A DNA stretch of 64,000 nt from Octopus vulgaris (taxonomy: Eukaryota): the NCBI GenBank assembly GCA_951406725.2, contig OX597822.1, positions 44,578,001 to 44,642,000 on the forward strand, in the 5' to 3' direction. The notes beneath the pieces were generated by a model that was not told the DNA's origin, did no database searches, and saw nothing but the letters and a program-made list of their open reading frames with translations. This document shows, in pieces, positions 14,332 to 29,523 of the stretch (the stretch's first letter is position 1; every line of letters starts with the position of its first letter). Position numbers and translations under genes: made by a program.

Positions 14332-14496
14332 TAGAGAGATAGATATTTAATATAAATGCATATATACATATATATATATACGTATACTTCTACATGCACA
14401 CACGCATACGTACATATTTAGATATATTGTCATATGCGTATATAAATGTATAAGTGTATGAACATAATTACATGTATGCATCTTGGTATATACATA

Positions 14497-14575
<79 letters not shown>

Positions 14576-14745
14576 CATAGAGAGATAGAGAGAGAGTGAA
14601 AGATAGATAGATATGTATATATGTATATACACATACATACATATATATATATATACACATACGTATATAAATATGTACACACATATATATATATAATATA
14701 TATGTGTATATATATATATATATGTATATATACATACATACATAC

Positions 14746-14776
<31 letters not shown>

Positions 14777-14778
14777 CA

Positions 14779-14810
<32 letters not shown>

Positions 14811-15118
14811 CATGTTTTATATACGTGCGTGCGATGGCGAGCATTACGCGTATAATGAAATATAAATATCGTCATGCAAAACTTAATGTATGATATCACC
14901 TGTAGAAAAATACACACATGGAGCAATAATATATTCACAAGTTATTCGCACACGTATAAATAGGCGTGAACATACATCAATGTATATACATGGGTGTCTA
15001 AAAGTCTCTGAATAAATAGATCTTGAGCGTTAAATACATTCACAGATATACGCATGTATATATGTAAGTGTTGTGACTGGGCATATATACATGCACACAT
15101 ACACACATATACATATAC

Positions 15119-15162
<44 letters not shown>

Positions 15163-15681
15163 AAACCATAGACACACGTACGCATATGTGTAGAGAGATA
15201 GATATACACCCATGTGCGTAAATGTGTGTGTGAATATGCATTCACATCGCTGTGTCTGAGTACAAATGTTAATGTGTTAAGCGATCAGGCACAATGGAGA
15301 ATGTAGCAAAATGAAGTCGAGAAGTGAATTGGAGACAAAGCAGACGAGAAAAGCGGCCATTTTGAATCGCATCGTTTTTAAAAATGTAGTATTTGAATAG
15401 AATTAGCATGCCAGCAGATGAGAGAGACAAGACAAAGGCGCAATGAATGATACGAGTCTTGCATAATAGATGTAACCTGTAGTAATATTGTAGCATTAAC
15501 CATTACAGTGTCGACGGCGGAGAAGAAGTAGGAGGAGGTACAAAATGAGGAGGAGTACGAGGTGGAGATGAAGATCTTGCTCGGAGACTCAGCTTTTACA
15601 TCTCTATCAAATTCTGTAAATATAAAAATGTGTGTAGGTGTATGTATATATGTACGTATATATGCGCATATATACCTAAAT

Positions 15682-15742
<61 letters not shown>

Positions 15743-15775
15743 TTTATATATATATATACATACATTCACATATTC

Positions 15776-15834
<59 letters not shown>

Positions 15835-16012
15835 TGTGTGTGTGTATATATATATATATACATATATATATGTATACATATATATATATATATATAAATA
15901 CATATATATATATATATGTATACATATATATATATATATAAATACATATATATATATATATGTATACATATATATATATATACACACATATATATGTGTG
16001 TGTCTATATATA

Positions 16013-16070
<58 letters not shown>

Positions 16071-16286
16071 AATGCCTGTATGTATGTGTGTATATAAGTG
16101 AGTTGCGTGTGTTTGTATCCGTTATGGATTATGAGTCGGGGTTATGCTCGAGGTTTTTCCCGTTATTTCTATTGTTCAGACGTCTTAGCAGATTTTGAAA
16201 CAGACCTACTTACATAATCACACGTGTGATTCTATGTATCTGTGCATGTGCGTGTCCCTGTGAGCAAGAGTGAGTGTGTGTGTGTA

Positions 16287-16340
<54 letters not shown>

Positions 16341-16583
16341 AGAGTGTTCTGTCAGCGCTAGCTTGTGCAGGAGTAGGTACATCTGAAAGTATAATGTATG
16401 TATACATATTGTTTCCATACGCCGCTTTGTCTTTCACTATAAGAAACAGCGAACGTGCTCATGCATACAAATATGCATACGTAAACATACACACACAAAC
16501 ACACGGATATTTACTCAAAACACATACATGTATACACACACTCACATTAACAACTTAACACTTACATATGAACATACGTAATT

Positions 16584-16731
16584 GCAGGCATGGCTGTGCG
16601 GTTAAAAAACTCGTCCCCAGGTTCAGTCCCGCTACACGGCACTGTGGGCAGAATTTTCTAATTTAGCTCCAGGTGGACCAGTAACTCCTGAGTGAATTTA
16701 GAAGACAGAAACTGTATGGAAGCTCGTCGTA
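16584..16731 (+). mobile_element. SINE family A, 5' half
   Basis: GCAGGCATGGCTGTGCGGTT..GGTTCAGTCCCGCTACACGGCAC..GAAACTG..GCTCGTCGT then (TA)n. Confidence 0.75.
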
Positions 16732-16749
16732 TATATATATATATATATA

Positions 16750-16998
16750 TAGGGAGAAATCACGAAAAAAACAAAAGACGAAAACAGGTGGTTTATAAAA
16801 CAAACAGATGTATTAGTAAGGCGCTCGGGAATTGAAAAAGTCTTTAACGTTTCGAGCCTACGCTCTTACACAGTAAGTAACACAGAAAGAAACAAGGAGA
16901 GAAACAAGAAGAGAAAAAAATGTGTGTAGTGGCTACCAATCTATCATAGCGAATGCCGGACAGAAGGGTCACACAGGAGAGCTAAGAAGTAGAGTAGA
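16750..16998 (-). mobile_element. Penelope-like terminal-repeat element with variant hammerhead core
   Basis: Minus strand CTGTGTAAGAGCGTAGGCTCGAAACGTTAAAG (stem GAGC/GCTC); second copy at 57599-57870; flanked by (TA)n. Confidence 0.6.
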
Positions 16999-17021
16999 TA
17001 TATATATATATGTATGTGTGC

Positions 17022-17170
<149 letters not shown>

Positions 17171-17183
17171 TATATACATATAC

Positions 17184-17580
17184 AAAAATGCTTCACCACA
17201 TACATAAATTTAGAAATAGCAGTTAAATACTTTTCTACTACTATAAGATATCTCCCAGACAGCAATATTCTCAACTCACACAGGCAAAGGGGAAAAAATA
17301 ACGAATCTGTCCGGCTTTGATTAACTATATACGCGTTTCTGGATTTTCTCTTTGCCTGTGTGAGTTAAGATTATTGCTGCCTGCGAGATATCTTATGGTA
17401 GTGGAATACTATTTAACTGCTATTTCTAAATTTCGGTATGTGGTGAAGCAATTTTGCTAAGCTCTAATTATAATTATGTTTATAATTATAATAATTTTTG
17501 TATAAGTTTACCGATAATGGTTCTTTTAACATACCGAACTACTTGGTAAGATTATTAAATATAATTAATGAATAAATTTT
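17184..17580. mobile_element. Penelope-like fragment with about 105-bp inverted arms
   Basis: 17186-17290 is the diverged reverse complement of 17350-17456; shares ACTGCTATTTCTA..TTCGGTATG with the 40084 element. Confidence 0.65.
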
Positions 17581-17603
17581 ACTCTTTATTAAATATACAT
17601 ACA

Positions 17604-17648
<45 letters not shown>

Positions 17649-17699
17649 TTGCATACTTACATATATGCATACAGATATATATATATATATATATATCTA

Positions 17700-17930
17700 C
17701 GTGTGTGTTTCTGTGTGCGTGCGTGTGTGTTAGTGATTGTTGCCCCCACCACAGCTACTTGACAACCGACGTTGATTTGATTACGTCCCTTTAACCTTGC
17801 AGGCCTGTTAAAATGACAACAGAAAAAGTAACGAGACTTCGAAATATGTACTGAGGTGAATTTGTTCCACTAAACACTTGAAGTCCTTGCCACAGCATGG
17901 CCGTAGTAGAATGACTGAAACAAGTAAATA
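17700..17930 (+). mobile_element. SINE family A, 3' half
   Basis: CTTGACAACCGAC..CAGCATGGCCGTAGTAGAATGACTGAAACAAGTAAA. Confidence 0.75.
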
Positions 17931-18140
17931 AAAAAAATGATATACATATATAAATAGATACTAGAATCATCTATTACGGTAGTGTTAGGTGAGTTTTCTA
18001 CTTGCACTCAACTGGGGTAGATTCATCAGAGGTTTTGATCACGATGACAAATGTTCACATGGATTATATTAGGAAAACTAAGTTTATATCGGAGATGTAC
18101 TTACATAGCAAGTGACCTGATCTGGGATCGTGTGCTGGAA

Positions 18141-18337
18141 CGTGGAAGGTGTTTATAAGCCATTTAAGAAACACACAAAAACCGTTAGATTCTCTTCAAC
18201 ATGCAGCACGTAATTTTGTCAGCGAAGAGGTCGCGGTCTCAAAGCGACGAACATAATTTGGTAAATTAAATTTAAATGTTGAAGTGAATCTAACGATTGT
18301 TCTGTGTTTCTTAAAAGGATTACAAACACCTTCCACG
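18141..18337. repeat. Fold-back / MITE-like inverted repeat with about 62-bp arms
   Basis: CGTGGAAGGTGTTT..CTTCAACAT (18141-18202) versus ATGTTGAAG..AAACACCTTCCACG (18276-18337). Confidence 0.8.
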
Positions 18338-18539
18338 CTACAATTGTTAGGTTTATATCCCCGAGTATGAAATATGGTGACAGCCGTTCAGAGATAAGAC
18401 TGCACACCTCATAGATATTTGAATCACGATATGATGTAAGACGGATTATGAAAAAAAGGAGAGTTATGCCATATGTACCGAATATGAGAGGTGTTTTTCT
18501 CAACACAGTTCGTTTTCATGGTGAGAAGTTTCCTCTTAT

Positions 18540-18780
18540 CGTTTATCTTTTATATGTTTAAGTCACTGGATCACGGCCATGATGGGAGATCATCTGGAAG
18601 GGTTTTAGTAGAACAAATCAACCCAAGTACTTACATATTTTTAAGCCTGGTTTCTTTTGGCGAATTGTTAAGTTAATGGGCTGTAAACAAACCAAGACCC
18701 TTTGTCAAACTATAGGAGCGGATAACAAACATAGACACAAAAACACACACATATACGAAGGGTTTCGGAACAGTTTCCCT
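18540..18780 (-). mobile_element. SINE family A, degenerate
   Basis: CTTTTATATGTTTAAGTCA..CGGCCATGATGG..AACAAATCAACCC..TTTTGGCGAA. Confidence 0.65.
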
Positions 18781-18951
18781 CTGTGTATGTCTTTATGTAT
18801 ATTCATGTGTTTATATACACACACTCACATTCACAAGTGCTTATACGTATGTATGTATGTATGTATGTATGTATGTATGTATGTATGTATGTATGTATGT
18901 ATGGATGGATGGATGGATGGATGGATGGATGGAGGTATGTATGTATGTATA

Positions 18952-19759
18952 CGTGGTCTAATCAAAATGTATCCGGCCAGTTACCATAGTAACGCAGTTA
19001 AAACACGCAGAGTGAAGGTACTTGGACAGATTGATCTTAAACTCTGCTAAGTTTTAAGGTTCAAGCTCCCTTCCGCTATTTTCATTAGTGCTTGGAAGGA
19101 AGGTGTGTAGCGTGAAATCGTCGTTTTGAACATGACAGAGAAAGATGAGAAGAGAATCTGCATCAAATTTTGCCAAATGCTTCGCGATGCCTGCTCAGAG
19201 GCCTACGGAAAGTTTTCTAAAAGTTTTCATCGTTCCCGACACAATCAAGGGGATCTTGTGCAACTGAAACCCAAGTGTCTTTTTGCTCAGCTGAAAGCAG
19301 TTTTGACACAAACTTAATACGCGTCTCATAGCCAAATCTTCAATCATGATAGACTGAACTGAATCGTAACTAATCTACACATTCTCTGATAACTAACGGA
19401 TGGTGATTCGACGCACATCTGCGATGTTTTTCTCAGTTCTGATGTTTCGACATTTTTTCGGCCATCCAGGAAACGTCTGAACCACTCGTACACTTGTGTG
19501 CGGCCCATACACTCCTCTCCATACACTTTCTGCAACTTTGTGTAGGCCTCTGAGCAGGTATCGCCATGACAACTTTCTCTGTCGTGGTCAATGCGACGAT
19601 CACACGCTACGCACCTTCATTCTTCCAAGCATCGCTGTAAACAGCAGAAGTGAATTAGAACGTTAAAGCTTGGCGCGCATGCCCAGCAGATTTTAAGGTC
19701 AATCTGCGCCAAGCGACATCACTATGGAAACAGTCCGGATACTTATTGATCAAATTTCG
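18952..19759 (-). mobile_element. Mariner-derived fold-back element made of two inverted 5' ends; transposase pseudogene
   Basis: TIRs CGTGGTCTAATCAAAATGTATCCGG / CCGGATACTTATTGATCAAATTTCG, TA at left; minus strand gives QKVYGEECMGRTQVYEWFRRFLDGR and EDLAMRRV..FVSKLLSAEQK..NDENF; plus strand gives MTEKDEKRICIKFC. Confidence 0.9.
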
Positions 19760-20028
19760 TGCGTTTGTGAATTTATCAGTTCTTGTGTTCGTCTTTATTT
19801 CTCAATGGTTGACAACAAGCATAAATGTAACTTAGCGGACCAGCAGAAATAAAAGTTAAAACTACCAGACCTAAAATATGTACTTTAACTACTTTAAAAA
19901 GTACACCAGCTTTATTTCAGTGCAATGACTGAAACATATAGAGAACATTGAACTAAGCGTCTACATTTAAAATACCTACCTATATACTAACACACAGCTA
20001 TTTTTATAAACATAAAATCACACGCAAA

Positions 20029-20086
<58 letters not shown>

Positions 20087-20196
20087 TATATATATATACA
20101 GTGACACATATATAGAAGCATATGAATATATTATCGACCTCATATACTTAGCGTATATGCTTTGTGTATTTGTCGGTACAAACGCAAATATATGTA

Positions 20197-20255
<59 letters not shown>

Positions 20256-20340
20256 CACACATATATATATATACAGTGACACATATATATATATATATAT
20301 CGATCATATAGCGTATATGCTTTGTGTATCGGTACAAACG

Positions 20341-20388
<48 letters not shown>

Positions 20389-20475
20389 GTGTCGTATATA
20401 CAGACTTACACAGAAATATATGGTTACAGTTATACCAACGAGTATAAATATTTTTGCATACATGCATAGATACAT

Positions 20476-20535
<60 letters not shown>

Positions 20536-20573
20536 GTATATTCATATCATATATATATACACACACACACACA

Positions 20574-20639
<66 letters not shown>

Positions 20640-21057
20640 CATACATACATAGGCACATATGTATATACATACATTCACACGTTTCCTACACATAGCTACT
20701 TAGAGACATATATACGCAGACAAACAAACATAGAAAATACATTAGTCGCGTTTACTGCGAGAAGGTGGACATTTTAAGTGTTATTCCAGTTTGAAATATT
20801 TCCAAACTTGTTCCGTCGCTCTCCACTAATACTTACCATGTTTTAATGATGTCAGAACTAGATGTCAATGGAAGTATATATCACTGGTTTTAAAACATTC
20901 AATAGATTGTACATACACATTACACATGCATACACGCATACATACGTATATATTATGTATACGTATACGTAAACACACTGACGCATACACATGTATCTGT
21001 ACATATATATATATATGTATATATGTGTGTATACATATGTGTATGTGTGTGTGTATA

Positions 21058-21090
<33 letters not shown>

Positions 21091-21280
21091 ATATAATATA
21101 TGTATGTATTATATATATATTTATATATATATATGTAATATATGTATGTATTATAATATATATATATATACATATATATATATGTATGTATTTTCACGTT
21201 AACACTTATACTTGTTCGTACATACATATCTATCTATTTATCTCTCTCCCTCTTTCTCTCTCTCTCTCTCTAAATATATA

Positions 21281-21328
<48 letters not shown>

Positions 21329-21739
21329 TACATATATATGTATGTATGTGTATATGTATATATATATATATATATGTATGTGTGTTTCTATGCATGTGTG
21401 TATGTAGGTATATGTACACGCATACATACATGGACGATGAATGCTACAAATACCTAGGTATTGATGAAAATATATCATACAAAGTTACTGTGAACAGTGA
21501 TGGAGTTATCAAAGAATACAACAGCGGCCATAAAAAGATACGCCAGTCAGAAGAATCTTCTTACAAGACAATATCTTGCAATGCATTTGTAGAACTGGCA
21601 CCAGTAGCAACATTTTGGGATACTTGACTGGTTTGTGGAAGAATTTGGCTGCATTTGCATTAAAAGAGACAAAACCCTGCGAACAGATAATAGCATCCAT
21701 TGAAATAGTCAATCTGATACTCACTCTCTACTTCTCTAT

Positions 21740-22125
21740 CCCTGTCAGTTTGTCTGTCTGTCTGTCTGTTTGCCTGTCAGTCTGTCTCTATCTCTCTCTC
21801 TATCTTTCTATTTCTCTTTCACTCTGTCTGTCTGTCTGTCTGTCTCTGTCTTGCTTTTTCTCTCTCTCTCTCTCCGTCTCTCTCCCTCTTTTTTCTGTCT
21901 CTCTCTCTCACACTCTGACTCTCTCTCTCTCTCTCTGTCTATTTCTCTTTCACTCTGTTGGGTCTTTCTCTATTTCTCTCTTTCAGTCCGTCTCTCTTTC
22001 TTTCTGTCTCTATTTCACCCCCCTCTCTCTCTCTTTCTCTATCTTTCCCTCTCTCCATCTATCCCTCTCTTTTGCCCTGTCTCTATCTCACACTCTGACA
22101 CTGTCTGTCTGTCCCTCTCTCTTTG
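21740..22125. repeat. CT-rich low-complexity tract
   Basis: Degenerate (CT)n/(CTGT)n. Confidence 0.9.
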
Positions 22126-23011
22126 CTTTAAAGCATTACCAGCCACCCTCGAGAGTCGTATTCTCTTGCTCACACTTCATCCACAAAACAGTATCAACAG
22201 AAATAAATCTATCACCCAAGGCTTCTAAATGATCCCGCAGGTGGGGAGGGAACTCTCACTTTCCGGTGAATTGCCCTTGAAACCCAGAAGCGTAGTTCTA
22301 GTTTATCTCGTCAACGATTTGGAAACTAAAATATTCTCTGTCATAGAAAGAGTGACTCTTTTACGAAGGATGATAATATTCCTCAAAACTTTGTCACAAG
22401 ACGAGCAGGTTTGGGAGGAGGAGGTAAATCGAACATATAGATCGAAGTACTTCATTGGTATTTATTTTACAATCTCATTTCAAATTCTACCAAGGCCGAC
22501 TTTGCCTATGATCATTTCGCAGTTGATAGAAGTAAGTACAAGTTGAACCTTGAGATCCATGTAATCGACTTGCCCCCACTCCCAAAATGTCTGGCCTTGT
22601 GCCAAAATTTGAAGCCAATATTGATATCGCATCCACTGATTAGATAACGCTTTGTAAGCCATGTGTGTGTCGAGACGACTGGAGTTGTCTCAACTTAAAT
22701 ATGAAACCCAATCTGTTTAAACACGTGTATGTTGCACAGCATTATTTCCCGAAGGTGATAGTTATGTAATCTAATGAGAAAAAGAGGCAATGAAGTCCTT
22801 AAACTCCGACGATGCTTCAGTGAATATCGATTTAGCCATTCTTCTGCAGAGGATATAACACTTATAATTAGCTGCTTTCCAAAACACGTCACCGAAATAG
22901 AATCTGTCATTACGACATGACGATGTTTTGAAAACTATATACAATGCTATCAAAAGAAAAGCCCCGTGTTTGATATAAACAACACAGTTGTTATTGAACA
23001 CATTACATCTT

Positions 23012-23200
23012 GGTTTCAAGTTTTGGCACAAGGCCAGTATTTTCAGGATGGGGATTGAGTAGATTACATCGACCCCAGTATCCTGCTGGTACTTAATTTA
23101 TCGACCCCGAAAGGATGAAAGACAAAATCTACCTCGACGGAATTTCAACTGAGAACGTAAAGTTGAACGAAACGTTGCTAAACGTTTTGTCAGGCGTTTT
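23012..23200 (-). mobile_element. SINE family B
   Basis: ATCGACCCCAG..CTGGTACTTAATTTATCGACCCCGAAAGGATGAAAG. Confidence 0.8.
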
Positions 23201-23911
23201 GAACATAATAAAACAGAGAGTACTGGCGTGCACTACAATCTTGACTTCTACGAAATACAAAAACATGTTGCATATTATTCGATGGAATAAAAAATAAAGT
23301 ATGTATAATCATAGACGTTAGCGGCCTTTTTCAGCGGGAAGGTGAATATTCATGGAGAACTGCTTCGAGAACCACTGTTCCTCTCCCTGATTAGAAATTC
23401 ACCTTTATCCCAATAAATATTGATGCATTTATTTATATTACTAAATGTCTAACTGACAATATAGAATTTTCCAAGGAAGCAAAAGACCGACTAACATGCA
23501 CTTTACAAATACAGTCTGTAAGTGGAGCAGTTAAAATATGCGTGACTTTTCTAAATTTCAACATGTCATTGTTCTCATTCAAATTCTAGCGATTGAAATT
23601 TATTTCTTTGATGCAAACCAGCTCCTTCCAAATAAAAAAACAAAAAGGCAGAAAAAGGGAATAGAACTAAACACACGCACACTCGCATATATAAGCACAA
23701 ACATGTATGAATGTGATAAGTCTAAGAAATAAAACTGTTCTTTACTCCGAGATTCGCGTTGTTACAAATTCAAATTAAAGTTCACTTTTAATAAGAATAA
23801 AACAACTTTACTGTTATACGTTGGGACGGTCATATTTTGCCATTTAAACACACGCACCTTATATTTGGTCTTCACCACAGCTTTATTATTTTTACCACAG
23901 CTTTATTATTA

Positions 23912-23974
<63 letters not shown>

Positions 23975-24528
23975 CTTATTAATATTATAATGCACCGCAG
24001 TCTTTAGTCATCTGTCAAGTCACAACAAGGACCCCAGACAGATAATAATTTCCTTAAGATGTGCGCTGTGCACAATAAGGCTCCTCGTTGCAAGACATCA
24101 ATCTTGCATGGGATTTCCATTTGCCTTAAAAAGTCTTGAGGTTTCAATGGAATTGAACCCAACGCTCCAATCACCACTGATATCAATTTTACATTACCCT
24201 CTCGCATTCCATATAGTCTTGCCATTTCCACTTTCAATTCGGAGTACTTGGCGATTGTTTCAACCTCTTTACTCACAACCTTCATGTCATTTGGTATGGC
24301 TACATCAATGATCTGACAGTATTTGTCTCTCTTATTCAATATGACAATATCTAGCCGTCAGTGTTCGTTTACACGCTCCGTCTGAAAATCATAGTCCCAG
24401 AGTATCGTTACTTTTCCATTCTCCTGCATAACTTTACTTGGTACATGCTCATACCAGTTCTCTATTACTTCATATTGATATTTACGGCATAAGATCCAAT
24501 GAAGATACACACACACTTTATGATTGTA
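23975..24528 (-). mobile_element. 5'-truncated R4/Dong-type non-LTR retrotransposon (restriction-like endonuclease domain) in (TAA)n
   Basis: VCVYLHWILCRKY..WYEHVPSKV..ILWDYDFQTER..RLDIVILNKRDKYCQIIDVAIPND..KYSELK..VVIGALG..ALLCTAHILRK; the 3' end runs into (TAA)n. Confidence 0.9.
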
Positions 24529-24530
24529 AT

Positions 24531-24725
24531 TATTATTACCTTTGCACAGCTTCTAACGCTGGATATGTACTACGGTGTCAGCTGTTCCCTACCAGTGAAC
24601 TAAGGTAACACCTCTTATTTTTCGAGCACCTTCCAGAGTATTCGAGCGGTTCCAAGCAGTGCTGTTTTCTGCAAGTGCTCCACCTATATTGCAGCCCCCT
24701 ACCCTATTTGTTCCATGTACTTCTC

Positions 24726-24727
<2 letters not shown>
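24531..24727 (-). mobile_element. Second R4/Dong-type 3' stub (different family) in (TAA)n
   Basis: EKYMEQIG*..VEHLQKTALLGTARILWKVLEK* plus 3' UTR ending GTGCAAAGG(TAA)n; TAA repeats on both sides. Confidence 0.85.
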
Positions 24728-24781
<54 letters not shown>

Positions 24782-25228
24782 TGATGATGATGATGATGAT
24801 AATAACAATAATAGAGCTGAAGTGAATACCTAATATATGTTGCTTGTGTTTAATTGGTAAAATATGACCTTCGCCAAGTATAACAATATTTGTTTCAACA
24901 CACGATCTCACATCAAGAATCTTGCAAAAAAAAAAAAAAAAAAAACGTAAATCAAGTTTGTTTTAACTATTAAACAAAACCAAACTGGTAGTATACAACT
25001 ATACGCCCTACCCGTTCTCATTCACGGCTTTGATTATTATGTTAATTAGAGACTAATTATTATATTAATAATCATCCATATTATATTAATATTAATATAA
25101 TAATAGTCATTATAATATAATTATTGTTATATTAAGTCACATTTATTCAGTAATTTCTCCTTTCGTTCATATTAAATTCTGTATTAATATGCTTGTACAG
25201 ATGTATGTATGTATGAATAAATGAATGT

Positions 25229-26518
<1,290 letters not shown>

Positions 26519-26559
26519 ATGAACGCGTGACATATGTAAGCATTCTTGTGTGTGTGTGT

Positions 26560-26646
<87 letters not shown>

Positions 26647-27619
26647 GTAATATCAGTTGAAACGGTGGCACAATGCGAGTTTGTGTTTTCGCTCTTCGAC
26701 CCGTCAACAGTTATGACTTATATATTTACCTCTCTATATCAAAATATATTTATACACATTAACCATACATCACTAATCATTTCATATACGTCTATAAAAC
26801 ATTTGGCCTGACTTGGGAGGTGCCAAAGTATTTGAAAATGTATGCGAAATTTGATTGGTTGTTAGTCACCATGGAGATATAGTTTGTAAAAAGAAGAAAA
26901 AAAATTCTATCGTAGACTGTTGGATACAAGGATGTGAAAGAAGGAAAGAGAGAGAAGCTGAAGGATAGAAAGACAGAAAAAAGGAAGGGAGGAAGGAAAG
27001 AAAGAAAGAAAGAAATGAAGGGAGAAGGGGAGAAAATACAGAAGCAAACTAAAAAAAAAAAAAATTGTGGAATGAGGAAGGAAAGAAAAATAAAAAAAGA
27101 AAGAAGGTGCAAAAACGAAAAAGTAGAGGAAAGCATGATTGAAAAGAAAGATGAAAGGAGGAAAAAGAGGAAGTACGCGAATAAAAAGGAAATGAGAGTA
27201 TGAAGGGAAAACGGGTTAGATATTAAAGATGAAAGGAGAGATAATTGATGAAAATTAAAGGTTAACATTATCTATAGATTTATAATGCCTGTATATCAAT
27301 GGCGTGTTTGAAAGCTGGAGATAAAGTGGATGGGATAAAAGGAAACGTGTAAGGTGTCATGTTTTTCTTTATGGTTCTTGATGGTGTAGTAAGTTATTTT
27401 GAAGACGGTTTATAGAGAGAGGCTTTGTTTACAAAATAGAGGTAAAACGTCAGAGAAAAAAACTCAGGAAATGATGTGTTCTAGAAGACGTAGCGGGAAA
27501 TAGTAAAATGAAATGAAATATGGTCTAAGGAAGAGATATGTAAAACAGGTGTGAATGTTAACAAGTGATAGTATGACGTAATTAGTTAAACTTATGAAAA
27601 TTCTTGCCTTTTATTTTTT

Positions 27620-28085
27620 TTACTTTTTATCTTTTATTTGTTGCAATCATTAGAGTGCAGCCATGATGGGGCACCGTCTTACAAGTCTTTTTTTTATTAT
27701 TTAGTCCAACGAAATGACCCCAGGTACCTTTGTTCTTTTTTATAAAGCTTAATACTTACTCTATATCGTTATCTTTTGCCGAACCGCTAATTTGCGGAAC
27801 GTAAACAAACCAACACCGATTATCAAGCGGTGAGGGGGAAACACAGAAACAAAGACACACACACGCACATACACACACACGCACATACACACACACACAA
27901 TCACACACACATATACGTGCATGTGTGTACAACAGGATTCTTTCCGTTTCCGCCTATCAAGTGCTCAGGCAAAGCTTTGGCCAGTTCGAGTTTATTGTAG
28001 AAGATACTGGTCCAAGTTGCCACACAGTGAGATTGATCTCGGAACCCTATGGTTCTGTAGCAAATTTCTTAACGCACAGCCACCG
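27620..28085 (-). mobile_element. SINE family A, old near-full-length copy
   Basis: Both halves and the internal (CA)n are present in reverse orientation. Confidence 0.75.
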
Positions 28086-28371
28086 TGTACGAAGAATGTA
28101 TATTGAAAGCGGAAATACGGTATTGTATAAATATTTCGTATAGGAAGGATAGTGACATCAAGGAAATAAATAACTTTATAGTTACCGAATGAAAATTAAT
28201 GTCAGCGTCTGTGAAAGCATATAACTTCGAAATTGTTATTTAGAATATTCCAGGAGGTGTGGAAGAGTATATCGAGTGTTTTTCTTTCTTTTTTTTTTTT
28301 TTTTTAGTTATGAATAAATCACAAAAGCTTCAAAACTAGTTATATTGTACTGAATTGTGATTCACACACTA

Positions 28372-28465
28372 AGATTCGACGTCGATATTGGTGTATTTAT
28401 CAGTCAATTGCCAAATATGTTTTGACAAAGTACTGTCTGCAAATCTGGCAGTGTTTCGGTAAGTG
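28372..28465 (-). pseudogene. Penelope-like GIY-YIG endonuclease fragment
   Basis: TYRNTARFADSTLSKHIWQLTDKYTNIDV resembles the STxLSKHIWxLK motif of Penelope-like endonucleases; only about 30 aa. Confidence 0.6.
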
Positions 28466-28689
28466 CAAATAATAAATAATAAAAGCACTAAGAATATAAA
28501 AAAAAATGAAAGTATCATAAAAGCAAAAAAAAAAGTATACAAAACAGACAAAGAAACAAATTCAGATGGAAATATGGAAGAAAAAATTAAAAATGCAAAC
28601 AAAATATGAATTCTAGTTCAAACGGTGAGTGAATGGAAAGGAATATATATGTATAAATACATATATGTGTATGTATATACGTATGTATG

Positions 28690-28777
<88 letters not shown>

Positions 28778-28858
28778 CATGTATGTATGTATGTATGTAT
28801 GTATGTATGACCCAAGATTAATAACACTGTCCCGTATAGCACACCACACTTGTTTGGC

Positions 28859-28905
<47 letters not shown>

Positions 28906-29332
28906 CGTATGTCCTCTGTTTGTATATGTGTGATGAGTGAAGACAGAAGCGGGAAAGAACGACTCAGTTTCATACAGTCTTAAAAATAAATTTAGATAAA
29001 TAAATGGGAACAAAAGGATGAATGGAAAATTGGTGAAACCCAATAAACCCAACACCCCAAAATGCGAGTTTTAAATGTGAATATCTACAAGTATTAATAT
29101 TTAGGAGTTTTTAGGGCGAAATATTGTAGGAAAAGAGGAAACTATTGGGAAAATAAGCAGAAGCTAAAGGCCTAGGTATGGGTTTGTGATTACGAAGCTT
29201 GCTTGCTATGCTACTACGGAATTTTGGGATTAGTATACCTTGGGCAAGTGCATTCTGCCATAGCTTTGTGAATGAATTTGAAAGACGGGAACTGAATGGA
29301 GGACCATCGTCGCCTAATATGTATAATATATG

Positions 29333-29520
<188 letters not shown>

Positions 29521-29523
29521 TAT

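Noticed and set aside
20090-20350. About 175-bp local tandem duplication (a smaller one at about 11548-11632)
   Set aside because: Ordinary slippage duplication among microsatellites
26934-27240. Lys/Glu-rich ORF and hydrophobic antisense ORF
   Set aside because: Purine-rich low-complexity DNA
28950-28975. Half-hammerhead strings (GAAACTGAGTC here; also near 57065 and 60775)
   Set aside because: Only one half of the core could be placed; not counted as ribozymes
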